Origin: Nostoc sp.
Lineage (GTDB): Bacteria; Cyanobacteriota; Cyanobacteriia; Cyanobacteriales; Nostocaceae
Length of the DNA: 64,000 nucleotides
Direction: 5' to 3'
NCBI GenBank assembly: GCA_036918135.1
Contig: JBALDB010000007.1
Coordinates: 32,001 to 96,000, forward strand
Below, piece after piece: positions 9,501-19,585 of the stretch. The number at the start of each line of letters is the position of its first letter. Positions within the stretch are counted from its first letter, which is position 1. The notes under the pieces are model-generated. The model saw only the letters and a program-made list of their open reading frames with translations, made no database searches and was not told where the DNA came from. Both the position numbers and the translations under genes were made by a program.

Positions 9501-9532
9501 AATTCAAAATTCTCAATTCTCAATTCTCAATC
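9501..9532. repeat. Heptamer STRR tract (AATTCTC)n
   Basis: aattcaaaattctcaattctcaattctcaatc. Confidence 0.7.
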
Positions 9533-9536
9533 AAGT

Positions 9537-9979
9537 TCAATTCTGCCTACAGTTTGCCTTTTCTCTTAAACTCTGTAGTACGTTCCCAGAGTTTTTTTCA
9601 TTCTCCGGAATAAATAAAGGAAGCCAGTATATTGCTTTTTCTAGCAATCTATTAGTATCATCATTCAAATCTTCAATCAACCTTACTACTGCCTTAAATC
9701 CCAGTTTCGGAATTGCAAATTCTAACCAAAACTTAATAGATTGAGCATTAAATTTAAGAAGTCTATAGTTAAATCACTTTGTTACATAATATTTTTTATC
9801 TAAAACTTTCTTTACCATTGCAATAGTAACTTGACTTTTTTGTCAACCATCAGCTTGATGATTTCATAAGATTCAATTTCAGGTATTGACTTCAAATACT
9901 CTAAAATTATCTTTTCATCATCAGAAGATAAGCCTCTATAAGTGCTAGCCTCTATCAACTGTCAAATATTCTCGTCCAT
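9537..9979 (-). pseudogene. Disrupted hypothetical protein gene
   Basis: Reads MDENI*QLIEASTYRG...MVDKK, frameshift in an A-run, ...VTK*FNYRLL...KFWLEFAIPKLGFK...EKANCRQN*; two stops and one frameshift. Confidence 0.5.
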
Positions 9980-10182
9980 AATTTATTGTTAAAAAAGTGA
10001 AATATTGCTGCTCTTAGCTGTTGACAATTAACAGTTGACAGGCACTACTGATGTTTTCACAACTCAAATAGGATTGTCATAGTATGCCAAGAACTAGGAA
10101 ATAGTGGAGAATATTTTGTAATATCAAAAAGTCTCAATTGCACATCTAGTGAATTAATTGTAACAATCGATTCCAGAAAATT

Positions 10183-10818
10183 ATGGCATTATATCTAGAT
10201 TCGGCGATCGCATCGGAAGCAGAAATAGTCAAACATTGGGGTTGGGTAAAGGGCATTACAACTAATCCCACGCTTTTAGCTCAAAGCGACACTCCACCAG
10301 AAACTACGCTGCAAAAATTGGCTGCCTTGACAAACGGCCCGTTGTACTATCAACTTATGGCAGCTGATAAAGCAGGAATGTTGGCTGAAGGTAGAAAAGC
10401 TTTCGAGATTATTGGTTCAAAAACAATTTTGAAGATTCCGGCAACACCTTTAGGGTTTGAAGTAGTAGCAATTTTGTCTTCAGAAATTACCTGCTCGGTG
10501 ACAGCAATCTATAGTGCAGCACAAGCGGCAGTAGCACGGGAAGCTGGAGCAAAAATTGCCATAGCTTATGTAAATCGTGCTACTCGGTTATTGGGTGATG
10601 GCATTGCCTTAGTCCGGGAGATGGCTAGCGTACTCCAAGGTAGCGACACGGAAATTTTAGCAGCTAGTATTAAATCTCCCCAAGAAGCAGCCGCTTCATT
10701 GCAAGCCGGGGCGGATCATTTGACTTTACCATTGGCAATGTTGCAAGCGATCGCTACCCATGAATTATCACAAAATACTGTTGAAGAATTCGCCCAACAA
10801 GGCATCGGTTTGAGATAA
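10183..10818 (+). CDS. Transaldolase / fructose-6-phosphate aldolase family protein
   Basis: LYLDSA, GITTNPTL, LKIPAT, YVNR, ILAAS motifs; short TalC-type length. Confidence 0.9.
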   Translation: MALYLDSAIASEAEIVKHWGWVKGITTNPTLLAQSDTPPETTLQKLAALTNGPLYYQLMAADKAGMLAEGRKAFEIIGSKTILKIPATPLGFEVVAILSSEITCSVTAIYSAAQAAVAREAGAKIAIAYVNRATRLLGDGIALVREMASVLQGSDTEILAASIKSPQEAAASLQAGADHLTLPLAMLQAIATHELSQNTVEEFAQQGIGLR

Positions 10819-10845
10819 TTCCTAATTTGTAATTCCTAATTAAAT

Positions 10846-10938
10846 ATGAGTTTGTCAGATATTCCCAATCTCTGGGTTCCTTTAGTACTTCTAGGTTTGA
10901 TTGTCCTAGCTGCTGTATTTTTCAGTCGCAGTAGTTAA
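10846..10938 (+). CDS. Putative 30-aa single-TM small protein
   Basis: MSLSDIPNLWVPLVLLGLIVLAAVFFSRSS*, 27 nt after the transaldolase stop; below the ORF-track cutoff. Confidence 0.5.
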   Translation: MSLSDIPNLWVPLVLLGLIVLAAVFFSRSS

Positions 10939-10980
10939 GCTAAACATAACAGTAGAGATGTCAGTTCTATGTTTGCTGTT

Positions 10981-11229
10981 GTCATCACCAGCTACACAGA
11001 TATAAATGATTACCTACCTTATCGAGTAGCATAAGTTTGGTTATTGACAAAGAATCAGTTGGTGATTTACAGATTGCAAGGCGATCGCTACACTATTGAA
11101 ACTAGCAGTCGCTACTTTCCAAACATTAATGTGTCACAAGTAATTACTGAATATTTGCAAATTGCCTACGAGCGTAATACTAGCGCAGCTATTCGAGAAT
11201 TACGGCGCAAATTAGCAAGTGGAAATTGA
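10981..11229 (+). pseudogene. C-terminal remnant of a Uma2 family endonuclease
   Basis: VITSYTDINDYLPYRVA*VWLL...SRYFPN; N-terminus missing and an in-frame stop. Confidence 0.65.
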
Positions 11230-11353
11230 ATATTTTGCTTTGCGGCCTTAGTATATCAACAATTATCGTGCAGATAATCTTCTTTAACGGCAGCTACTTT
11301 GTACGATAAAGTACAAAGTGTCACTCTTAAATAAATAGAAAAGGAATGCGTAC

Positions 11354-11929
11354 ATGGTAAAGGGGAGGTTAGAAGCATTCAGTGATGGGGTGATTGCCAT
11401 CATCATTACCATCATGGTGCTAGAAATTAAAGTGCCGCATGGAAGTAATTTAGCCGCACTGCGTCCGCTGATACCAATATTTATCAGCTATCTGCTGAGT
11501 TTTATTTATCTTGGCATTTATTGGAACAACCACCATCACTTATTACAGGCAATTCGCTATGTTAATGGGCGTATCCTTTGGGCGAATCTGCATCTGCTAT
11601 TTTGGTTGTCGTTAATCCCCTTCGTTACTGGCTGGATGGGCGAGAATCACTTTGACACTATACCAGTTGTCCTTTATGGTACGGTTTTATTATTTTCTGC
11701 GATCGCCTACTTTATCCTCACCCGTACTCTGATTTCTGTTCACGGCAGCGATTCCACTTTAGCAGTCGCACTCGGTCGAGACTTTAAAGGAAAAATATCT
11801 GTAGTTTTTTATGCTGTAGCAATTCCCCTGGCTTTTCTAAATTCGTGGCTTGCTTGTGTACTATACATTTTGGTCGCAGTTATCTGGCTGATCCCCGACC
11901 TTCGCATTGAGAAGACCTTAACTTCCTAA
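11354..11929 (+). CDS. TMEM175 family K+ channel-like protein (DUF1211)
   Basis: RLEAFSDGVIAIIITIMVLE signature, YWNNHH. Confidence 0.9.
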   Translation: MVKGRLEAFSDGVIAIIITIMVLEIKVPHGSNLAALRPLIPIFISYLLSFIYLGIYWNNHHHLLQAIRYVNGRILWANLHLLFWLSLIPFVTGWMGENHFDTIPVVLYGTVLLFSAIAYFILTRTLISVHGSDSTLAVALGRDFKGKISVVFYAVAIPLAFLNSWLACVLYILVAVIWLIPDLRIEKTLTS

Positions 11930-11967
11930 CATCGAGCTGCGATCGAGTAAATCGCATCTAAGTATGA

Positions 11968-12660
11968 TTATTGGCTAGCAAAAGCCAAGTCACTTTCAAT
12001 TAACTTGGCACCTGTTAGGTTAGCCCCACTCAAATTGCAAAAGTGAAAATTTGCCCCTCTGAGGTCTGCTAGTGCTAGATTAGCTCCCGTTAAATTTGCA
12101 CCAGTAAGGTTAACTTCACTTAAGTTAGCCTTACTGAGGTTAGCTCCCTGAAGTGAAGCTTGTTGCAGGTCTGCTCCTGTTAGGTTTGTCCTCATTAGGT
12201 ATGCCGAAATCAGGTCGGCTCCACTTAAATTAGCTTGGCTTAAATCTGCTGCTGTTAAATCAGCTTTAGTTAGATTAGCTTTACTTAGGTCTGCCCGACT
12301 CAACTGAGCATAACTAAGGTTAATTTCACTTAGCTTCACTGCTGCAAGTACTGCACACCTCAAATTAGCATTAACAAAATTTCTTTCTCCCATTGCATAA
12401 CGGCGTAAAATTTCATCAGTTGTTACTCTATCTAAAACAGCTTTTGATGCGCCCTGATAACACCATCTAGCTTCTAAGAGTTTGGCAGCAGTGTTAACAG
12501 CTACCTCATCACATTTAGCCATTATTACACCATTGCAGCCATCCCACTGACCGTTAAGTATAAAGGCAATTTCATTAGCAGCAGCAATTGAGTCAAATAG
12601 CAAAACAGATTCTTTATGCTGTTTTAACCAATTATTCCAAAAAGAGATAATATTTTTCAT
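11968..12660 (-). CDS. Pentapeptide repeat protein
   Basis: Long run of A(D/N)LxX pentapeptides after YAMGERNF. Confidence 0.9.
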   Translation of the reverse strand: MKNIISFWNNWLKQHKESVLLFDSIAAANEIAFILNGQWDGCNGVIMAKCDEVAVNTAAKLLEARWCYQGASKAVLDRVTTDEILRRYAMGERNFVNANLRCAVLAAVKLSEINLSYAQLSRADLSKANLTKADLTAADLSQANLSGADLISAYLMRTNLTGADLQQASLQGANLSKANLSEVNLTGANLTGANLALADLRGANFHFCNLSGANLTGAKLIESDLAFASQ

Positions 12661-12936
12661 TTTTATAAGTTTTAGCAGCTTAAGTGACGATTACAGCTCT
12701 AACTTCTAAATATTAATCAACTCTGCTTACTCTAACTCTCGGTTAAGTTGTTTAGAGTTAGTTTAATTAGTTACCAACACAAAACACTACGCTTCGTTTT
12801 TCAAAATTGCCTCTTTGCGCTACTTTGTGACACAGCGCTGTACAAAGACTTACAACACTGATGTAGCCCATTTACAGCGCCCAGTCACAAAGAAGTTACA
12901 ATCGGCTTAAGTACAAATGTCTGCAAGAACTAAGTT

Positions 12937-13119
12937 CTAGACAACTGAATTTGAGCGTTCTATTTGTTGCCGAACGGTATCAATAGAAGCATTAATACCA
13001 GCTAGTTTGGATTCTAAATCATCTCGTATCCAAATCAAGAATCTTAGTTTCCGCTCTAAGCTAGCTTTATGCGAAATGGGTTCGCTTCCAAAACAAGGGT
13101 TACTCCAAAAAGGAAACAT
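12937..13119 (-). CDS. Small hypothetical protein (60 aa, coiled-coil-like)
   Basis: ATG-initiated ORF with an amphipathic helix pattern. Confidence 0.6.
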   Translation of the reverse strand: MFPFWSNPCFGSEPISHKASLERKLRFLIWIRDDLESKLAGINASIDTVRQQIERSNSVV

Positions 13120-13319
13120 AGTTGACCTGTGTATTTAGCTTTTGTAACAGTGCAATATATCGCACTACTACAATTATGACTAATAATAATCAGACTAGTG
13201 TGTGTAATAACCGACCCAAATTATGGGTGTTTAGCGAATAGATGCAAAAATTTGTCTTCAAAAATATTGAAGGTATTTTCTCAAGTTGTCAACTAGAAAG
13301 TAATAATTTAATGACATTA

Positions 13320-13566
13320 TGTGTGGTCATTCCTGCCTTTTTCAAAACAGATAGAGAAAGCAATTGATTGAGAGATTCGTAAAACCTGAGAACTAGCAAC
13401 AACAGCACCTCATTAAAAAAAGTAGAATCAAAAGTTCTTAACTCGTTGAACGTTGAAGCGTTTAGTAGTTTGGATTGACAATCAATTTAATCTCAAATGT
13501 AGTCGTGAATTAGTGCGTAAGACTCTCAAGAATTTAGGATTTTCCCGGAAAAAAGCGCAAAAATAG
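13320..13566 (+). pseudogene. IS630-family transposase remnant (winged HTH part)
   Basis: R*TLKRLVVWIDNQFNLKCSRELVRKTLKNLGFSRKKAQK*, the typical WT...LGFSxKK segment. Confidence 0.65.
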
Positions 13567-13848
13567 CTATTTTAAGATTGTTACAACTAGATTTTTTAAG
13601 TAATTATTCTTTCATTTTTTATCAAGAAAAATGTGACTAATGCACACCTCTATTTTTAGCAAAGGTATTACATAATACTTATTTTTCCTTCTGTCTCCTG
13701 CCCTCTGCCAGAGCCGCCCAAAGAGCAGATAACTTTGACTACTTTCATTATTTTTCAAATGTTCCAAATAAACAGCAACGAAGATTATAATTTTGCTACA
13801 TCTTTGTTAAGAAACGTTACAAGACTCTTAACACAAGGAAATATTTTT

Positions 13849-15261
13849 ATGGTAGTTTCACTTGAGAAGAATGTACCACATCAGGTTGTAATCATTGGTG
13901 GAGGCTTTGGTGGACTGTATACAGCAAAGACTCTGAAGAAAGCGAATGTCAATGTTACTCTGATCGATAAACGTAACTTTCATCTATTTCAGCCGCTTTT
14001 ATATCAGGTTGCCACAGGTACGCTATCACCTGCTGACATTTCTTCACCATTACGAGCTATTTTTAAGAAAAGCAAGAATACACATGTGTTCTTGGGAGAA
14101 GTAAATGATATCGATCCAGAAACCCAAGAAGTTATTCTGCGCGATCGAACAATACCCTACGATACATTAGTTGTTGCCACAGGTGCTAACCATTTCTATT
14201 ATGGTCACGATAACTGGAGACCATTGGCTCCAGGCTTGAAAACTGTTGAAGATGCGGTAGAAATGCGTCGCCGGATATTTTCGGCATTTGAAGCAGCAGA
14301 AAAAGAAACCGATCCCGAACTACGCCGTGCTTGGTTGACCTTTGTAATTGTTGGTGGTGGCCCTACAGGTGTAGAATTAGCGGGTGCGATCGCAGAGTTG
14401 GCACATAAAACTCTCAAAGAAGATTTCCGCAACATCGATACCTCAGAAACTAAGATTTTGTTATTGCAAGGAGGCGAGTACATCCTCCCTCATATGGCAT
14501 CACAGTTATCAGAAGTAGGAAAAGTATCCTTGCAAAAGTTGGGTGTGGTAGTCAACACAAAAACTAGGGTAACGAATATTGAAAATGATATCGTTACTTT
14601 CAAGCAAGGCGAGGAAGTTGAAGAAATTGCCTCAAAAACTATATTATGGGCAGCAGGTGTCAAAGGTTCCGCTATGGGGCAAGTTTTAGCAAACCGCACA
14701 GGTGTAGAGTGCGATCGCTCTGGACGTGTGATTGTAGAACCAGACTTGACAATTAAGGGTTATAAAAATATCTTTGTCATCGGAGATTTAGCCAACTTCT
14801 CTTATCAAGATGCAAAACCATTACCTGGTGTTGCACCCGTAGCCAAACAACAAGGAGAGTATGTAGCTAAACTCATTAAAAAACGTCTTCAAGGTCAAAT
14901 ACTACCACAATTTCGTTACAATGACGTAGGTAGTTTGGCAATGATTGGCAAAAATTTAGCTGTTGTAGATTTAAGCTTCATCAAACTCCAAGGTTTCCTT
15001 GCTTGGATATTTTGGTTAATCGTTCATATCTACTTCTTAATCGAGTTTGATACTAAATTAGTAGTAGTATTTCAGTGGGCATGGAATTATATCACTCGTA
15101 ATCGTCGCTCTAGATTGATTACAGGTCAAGAAGCTTTGGAAGAAGCAAAAATTGTTAACAACAGCACTGAGGCGACTAAAATCACTAACCCTCCCACTCA
15201 ACCAACATCTCATTCCAAATTGCAATCTTACACTGCGGATATCGAAGCAGCAACTTCCTGA
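13849..15261 (+). CDS. ndh: Type II NADH dehydrogenase (NAD(P)/FAD-dependent oxidoreductase)
   Basis: GGGFGG, FQPLLYQVATG, GGGPTGVELAG, IFVIGD motifs; ATG at 13849 after an AGGA RBS. Confidence 0.85.
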   Translation: MVVSLEKNVPHQVVIIGGGFGGLYTAKTLKKANVNVTLIDKRNFHLFQPLLYQVATGTLSPADISSPLRAIFKKSKNTHVFLGEVNDIDPETQEVILRDRTIPYDTLVVATGANHFYYGHDNWRPLAPGLKTVEDAVEMRRRIFSAFEAAEKETDPELRRAWLTFVIVGGGPTGVELAGAIAELAHKTLKEDFRNIDTSETKILLLQGGEYILPHMASQLSEVGKVSLQKLGVVVNTKTRVTNIENDIVTFKQGEEVEEIASKTILWAAGVKGSAMGQVLANRTGVECDRSGRVIVEPDLTIKGYKNIFVIGDLANFSYQDAKPLPGVAPVAKQQGEYVAKLIKKRLQGQILPQFRYNDVGSLAMIGKNLAVVDLSFIKLQGFLAWIFWLIVHIYFLIEFDTKLVVVFQWAWNYITRNRRSRLITGQEALEEAKIVNNSTEATKITNPPTQPTSHSKLQSYTADIEAATS

Positions 15262-15445
15262 TTAATATCAGTAAAACAGGGCGATTGTAAAGATAATCTT
15301 TGCTCTCAATACCTGTAAATTGGTTTTCTCTTGAGATGTTAAACATGTTAATTCAATTGTTCCACTTGAGTTGAAGTTTTTTCATTTTCAGCGACAGATA
15401 CGACAGTCTTCTTGCAGGCAATCAAAGAAACTAATAGTAAATGAA

Positions 15446-15612
15446 TAAGGAAACTCCAAAAAATAAATTATCCCCTTTGAAGTTGATGACTGATGAGAGC
15501 CAGTTGCTTCTCTTGTCGGAGACGCTACGCGAACAAGTCGGCAAAGCGCACGGGCGCACTGGCTCCTGTTGAGTGTTAACAGTGGGATATTTTTTGATTT
15601 GGAAGTCCCTTA
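15446..15612. mobile_element. MITE-like element with ~29-bp imperfect terminal inverted repeats
   Basis: TAAGGAAACTCCAAAAAATAAATTATCCC versus the reverse complement of the right end, TAAGGGACTTCCAAATCAAAAAATATCCC; GC-rich nested repeats inside. Confidence 0.6.
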
Positions 15613-15660
15613 GGTTTTGAAATAGAGAATCTCGCGTTCATCAGGAGAGTTGAGATTGCC

Positions 15661-16401
15661 TCATGCAATTCCACCATTTACACGAATATTTTGCCCAGTA
15701 ATCCACTTGGCTTCCTCGCTAGCAAGAAATGCTACTACGTCGGCAATTTCTTGTACCTCTCCCAATTTACCAAAAGCAGCCATTTGGGCTAAATGGTCTA
15801 TCTGTTCTTGTGTTTTGCCTTCTCGAAATAATTCTGTATCGGTGGGGCCAGGAGAAATAACATTAACTGCGATCGCTTTTGCTCCCAATTCTTTAGCTAG
15901 TACCCGTGTGATTTGTTCAACAGCACCTTTGGTTGCTACATAGGCGCTATAAGTTGGCAGCATCATCACCGTTGTTGATGAGGAAAAGTTGATAATTCGT
16001 CCTCCTTCTGCCATGTGTTCTGCGGCTTGTTGACAAGCAAAATAAGTTCCTTTGACGTTAATAGCAAAAATGCGATCGAAATCTTCTTCTGTCACTTGAG
16101 TAATTGGTTTATAGAAAGCGATTCCGGCATTATTGACCAAAATATCCAATTTAGTAAAGTGTTTAAGTGTTTGCTCGAACAAGCCTTGGACTTCAGTTAC
16201 CTTGCTGACATCGGCTTTTAGGGCAACTGCCTGTACTCCTAATTTTTCGATTTCTGCAACAACTTCCTGTGCTTTGTCTGCATTACCCGCATAGTTAACA
16301 ACAATAGATGCGCCGTTACCAGCTAACTTAAGTGCGATCGCTCGTCCAATTCCCCGCGATGCACCTGTCACAATTGCAACTTTCCCTGCTAAAGATGCCA
16401 T
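15661..16401 (-). CDS. SDR family oxidoreductase
   Basis: TGASRGIG, NNAG, YVATK catalytic motif. Confidence 0.92.
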   Translation of the reverse strand: MASLAGKVAIVTGASRGIGRAIALKLAGNGASIVVNYAGNADKAQEVVAEIEKLGVQAVALKADVSKVTEVQGLFEQTLKHFTKLDILVNNAGIAFYKPITQVTEEDFDRIFAINVKGTYFACQQAAEHMAEGGRIINFSSSTTVMMLPTYSAYVATKGAVEQITRVLAKELGAKAIAVNVISPGPTDTELFREGKTQEQIDHLAQMAAFGKLGEVQEIADVVAFLASEEAKWITGQNIRVNGGIA

Positions 16402-16514
16402 AATTAATCTGGTTTTATTTAGTTCATGAAAGTGATTATCTGCTGTTAAAGTACTGTACCAAGGTTAAATTTAGCAATTTTATTCGGTAGACTCCCTTTA
16501 ACAGTCATCAGTTC

Positions 16515-16642
16515 AGGACTTACGCACTGACTACGATTTTACGTCATTACGAGTGAAGCGAAGTAATCGCCAAAAACTCTGGGATTGCTTCCCTACACTA
16601 CGTTCCGGTCGCAATGACATTGGGAGTGCTTGCGTAAGTTCT
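16515..16642. repeat. AGGACTTACGCA...TGCGTAAGT inverted-repeat element
   Basis: Terminal inverted repeats enclosing a GTCATT...AATGAC core; same ends at 26481-26562. Confidence 0.65.
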
Positions 16643-16754
16643 ACAGTTATCAGTTTTGTCTGTTTAGTCAAAGTTCCTGATAAAAAGGTGGTAAGCGTTA
16701 GGCTGCGGTAAAACAGACATACGCCTAATAACTATTCACTGTTTGCGGTTTTTA

Positions 16755-18065
16755 TTAAGATTCAGGAGCGATCGCCATACCATCGGTAAGATTAAGCAGT
16801 CCTGAAATAATAATTTTATCTTCTGGCTGTAATCCTTCAATCACTTGATAATTATTACCTTTGATTTGACCTAGCTGGACTCGCTTGAGCCGAGCTACTT
16901 GTCGAGACACACCTTGGGGAGAGTTTTCGCTTTCAACTACATAGACAAAAGTTTGCCCACCTACACGAGTCACTGCTGTTGTTGGAATCAAAATTCCGGG
17001 GCGCTCATTCCAGATGACTCTAGCCCTTGCCAATTGATTTGCACGTACCTGACTATTAGAGTTATTAAAAAGTGCTTTAATCAGTATCCCTTGTGTTTCA
17101 TTAGTAGTATTAGGTGCAATGAAAAATACTCTAGTTCTACCCAATTTCTGACCTTGTGTGTTCATAATCTCCAATGGCATTCCCTCACGCAACAGGGGTC
17201 TTCGCTGTGGAGGCACAGAAACTTTAACTTCTAAAGGTTGATTTTGCATCAAGGTAACTAATGGTGTAGAAGTATTAACCAAATCACCGACTTTCACCGA
17301 GATGTTGCCAACTGTACTACCAAAGGGAGCAGTAATTTTCTCGTACTGGAGTTGTTGTTGCTTGGGATTTACATTAGCTTGCTGTAAGGATTTTTCAGCT
17401 TGTAAGATAGTGGCTCGTTGAGCTTGAATTCTAGAATCAATTGCATTTAGACTAGTCCTAGCAGCGGCGAGCCTGCTAGCGTATTCATTGCTTGCCAGTC
17501 GAGGTACCGCTCCTTGTTGAGCTAAGCTGAAATATTTTTCGTATTCCTGCTGGCTGAGTTGTACATTAGTAACGTAAGATGGCCGTTCTGCTTCCAAAGA
17601 CTTGAGTGTAGCGCGAGCATTTTGCAGTTGAATTAAAAATCCCTGAGGTGCAGCATTAATTCCACTGACTGTTGCTTGCTGCGCTTTTAAGTCTACTTGG
17701 ATAATTGCTGCTCCTGGTGTTACTGAATCTCCAGGTTTGACAAATATCTGGGTGATTTGACCTTGAATCGCTGGCCTAAGGTTAACTGAGCGCTGTGACT
17801 CTAGAGTAGCAATAAAATCTGAACTTTCCTCAATGATGCCGCTTTGGACTGTGGATATTTTGACTCTTACTCCTTGAGCTTGAACGTTAGCAGTTGAAGG
17901 TGCTGGATTGTGTGGAGTCAGCAACCGCCAAACTATAGCTGTGCCGCCTAACAATACTAGTGCAGCTAAAAATAACCAAAGCCACCGCCGTTTTTCTGGA
18001 GGTGGCTCAAATGAAGTTTGTGAAGAATTTTCTCCAAAATCAGTTTGAGGCTCTGGGGATGTCAT
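16755..18065 (-). CDS. Efflux RND transporter periplasmic adaptor (MFP) subunit
   Basis: N-terminal TM, lipoyl half-motifs (VKPGDSV; ITAPFG..VKVGDLV), coiled hairpin, GLQPEDKII. Confidence 0.88.
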   Translation of the reverse strand: MTSPEPQTDFGENSSQTSFEPPPEKRRWLWLFLAALVLLGGTAIVWRLLTPHNPAPSTANVQAQGVRVKISTVQSGIIEESSDFIATLESQRSVNLRPAIQGQITQIFVKPGDSVTPGAAIIQVDLKAQQATVSGINAAPQGFLIQLQNARATLKSLEAERPSYVTNVQLSQQEYEKYFSLAQQGAVPRLASNEYASRLAAARTSLNAIDSRIQAQRATILQAEKSLQQANVNPKQQQLQYEKITAPFGSTVGNISVKVGDLVNTSTPLVTLMQNQPLEVKVSVPPQRRPLLREGMPLEIMNTQGQKLGRTRVFFIAPNTTNETQGILIKALFNNSNSQVRANQLARARVIWNERPGILIPTTAVTRVGGQTFVYVVESENSPQGVSRQVARLKRVQLGQIKGNNYQVIEGLQPEDKIIISGLLNLTDGMAIAPES

Positions 18066-18296
18066 GGCTGATAAGGAATTTAATGAATAAATTAACTAAA
18101 ACTCAATCAAGATTTTATCTGTTGAGATTGAAATTCCTGACTTTACATGAGCTATTGTGGCAAATTATATATTCGCCCATTCAAATATACTGTTTTGATA
18201 ATTCTATCTAAATCTATCTAAAGGTGAATGATTTATTTGGAAAAATGGTTATGTGAAAGTGATATCAGGGAATAACTAGATGGAGAAAAAAGAATA

Positions 18297-18328
18297 ACAA
18301 ATGACAAATGACAAATGACAAATGACAA
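18297..18328. repeat. Heptamer STRR tract (ACAAATG)n
   Basis: acaaatgacaaatgacaaatgacaaatgacaa. Confidence 0.8.
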
Positions 18329-19315
18329 TTAACTTTTAATTTTTCCTTTTTCCTTTTTTGTTGAATGTTGATGTGAATTCTTGAGCGTAGGCGATATCAA
18401 CATTTGTTCAAAGGCTTTGGAAAGAGCAGTTTGAAAGCGCTGACGATGCTTGAGTTTGAAAAAAGGTCGAACTATTTCTACGATCGCACTCTCACCTTGT
18501 CTATTATCAATCACTCGAATTGGCTGTAAAGTTCCCAACTGAATTTCTTTTTTGACCATCAACTCAGAAATTCCAGTTGCACCTAGACCGTTTTCAATCG
18601 CTGCTTTTGCCATTTCACCACTAGTGAACACTAAAATTACATTTAGTTCACTGAGATTGATTCCCCAATTTTGCAAGGCTTCCTCAAATCTTTGCTGTGT
18701 TCCAGATTCCGGCACCCGCATTACCCAAGGAGTTTGAGTTAATTGGCTTAACTCAATTTCTGCTTGCTCAAACCAAGGATGTTTTTCACCTACTACAATT
18801 TGCAAGCGATCGCTACCGATAATTTCATATTCTAAAGTACTCTGAAGCGCCGGCTTTACATCTCCTTCCACCAAACCCAAATCAAACTGTCCCATTGCTG
18901 TTCCCACACAAATTGTTTCCGCGTTAGCAAGGGTACAGTCAATTTGAATACCGGGATATCGACTCTTAAACTCACTAATCTTACTTGGTAACCAATAATT
19001 ACCAATTGTCAAACTTGAGCCTAATTTCAATTCACCCCGTTGCAGATTATTTAATTCCCGCAATCCCCTTTCAGTTAAGGAGACTTGATCGAGAATTTTT
19101 TGTGCCTCCACTTGTAGTAACTTACCAGCCTCAGCAATCTCGATATGACGGCCAATCCGATGGAACAACTTTACACCGTATTCTTGCTCTAAGTTCTGGA
19201 TTGCTGCACTGACGGCGGGTTGTGTAATATAAAGTTCTTCTGCTGCCCGAGTAAAGTGTAAGTGGTGCGCTACAGCCAGAAATATTTTTAGCTGCTCAAG
19301 CGTCATTCCTGCCAT
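18329..19315 (-). CDS. LysR family transcriptional regulator (CysL/YeiE-like)
   Basis: HFTRAAEELYITQPAVSAAIQNLE HTH; GSSLTIGNYWLP. Confidence 0.92.
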   Translation of the reverse strand: MAGMTLEQLKIFLAVAHHLHFTRAAEELYITQPAVSAAIQNLEQEYGVKLFHRIGRHIEIAEAGKLLQVEAQKILDQVSLTERGLRELNNLQRGELKLGSSLTIGNYWLPSKISEFKSRYPGIQIDCTLANAETICVGTAMGQFDLGLVEGDVKPALQSTLEYEIIGSDRLQIVVGEKHPWFEQAEIELSQLTQTPWVMRVPESGTQQRFEEALQNWGINLSELNVILVFTSGEMAKAAIENGLGATGISELMVKKEIQLGTLQPIRVIDNRQGESAIVEIVRPFFKLKHRQRFQTALSKAFEQMLISPTLKNSHQHSTKKEKGKIKS

Positions 19316-19585
19316 TGATAGTATCCCTTAAACTTGGTGTCAAAATTTCATCACTTCCATTTATCATTTTGACAAAAAAAAGCATTTGATTCTATCATTC
19401 AGTTTGCTTAAAGTGTAAATCAAACCTTTCTACGTAGTCATTGGTCATTTGTCATTAGTCATTTGTAGTAAATAGACTAATGCCCCATGAGGCCACTTGC
19501 TTTCATGGCAGGAGGGCTAAACCCGTCCGATGCAGTGGCTTTCCAATGCCCAATGCTCAATCCCCAAAATAAGGACTTGTAATAA

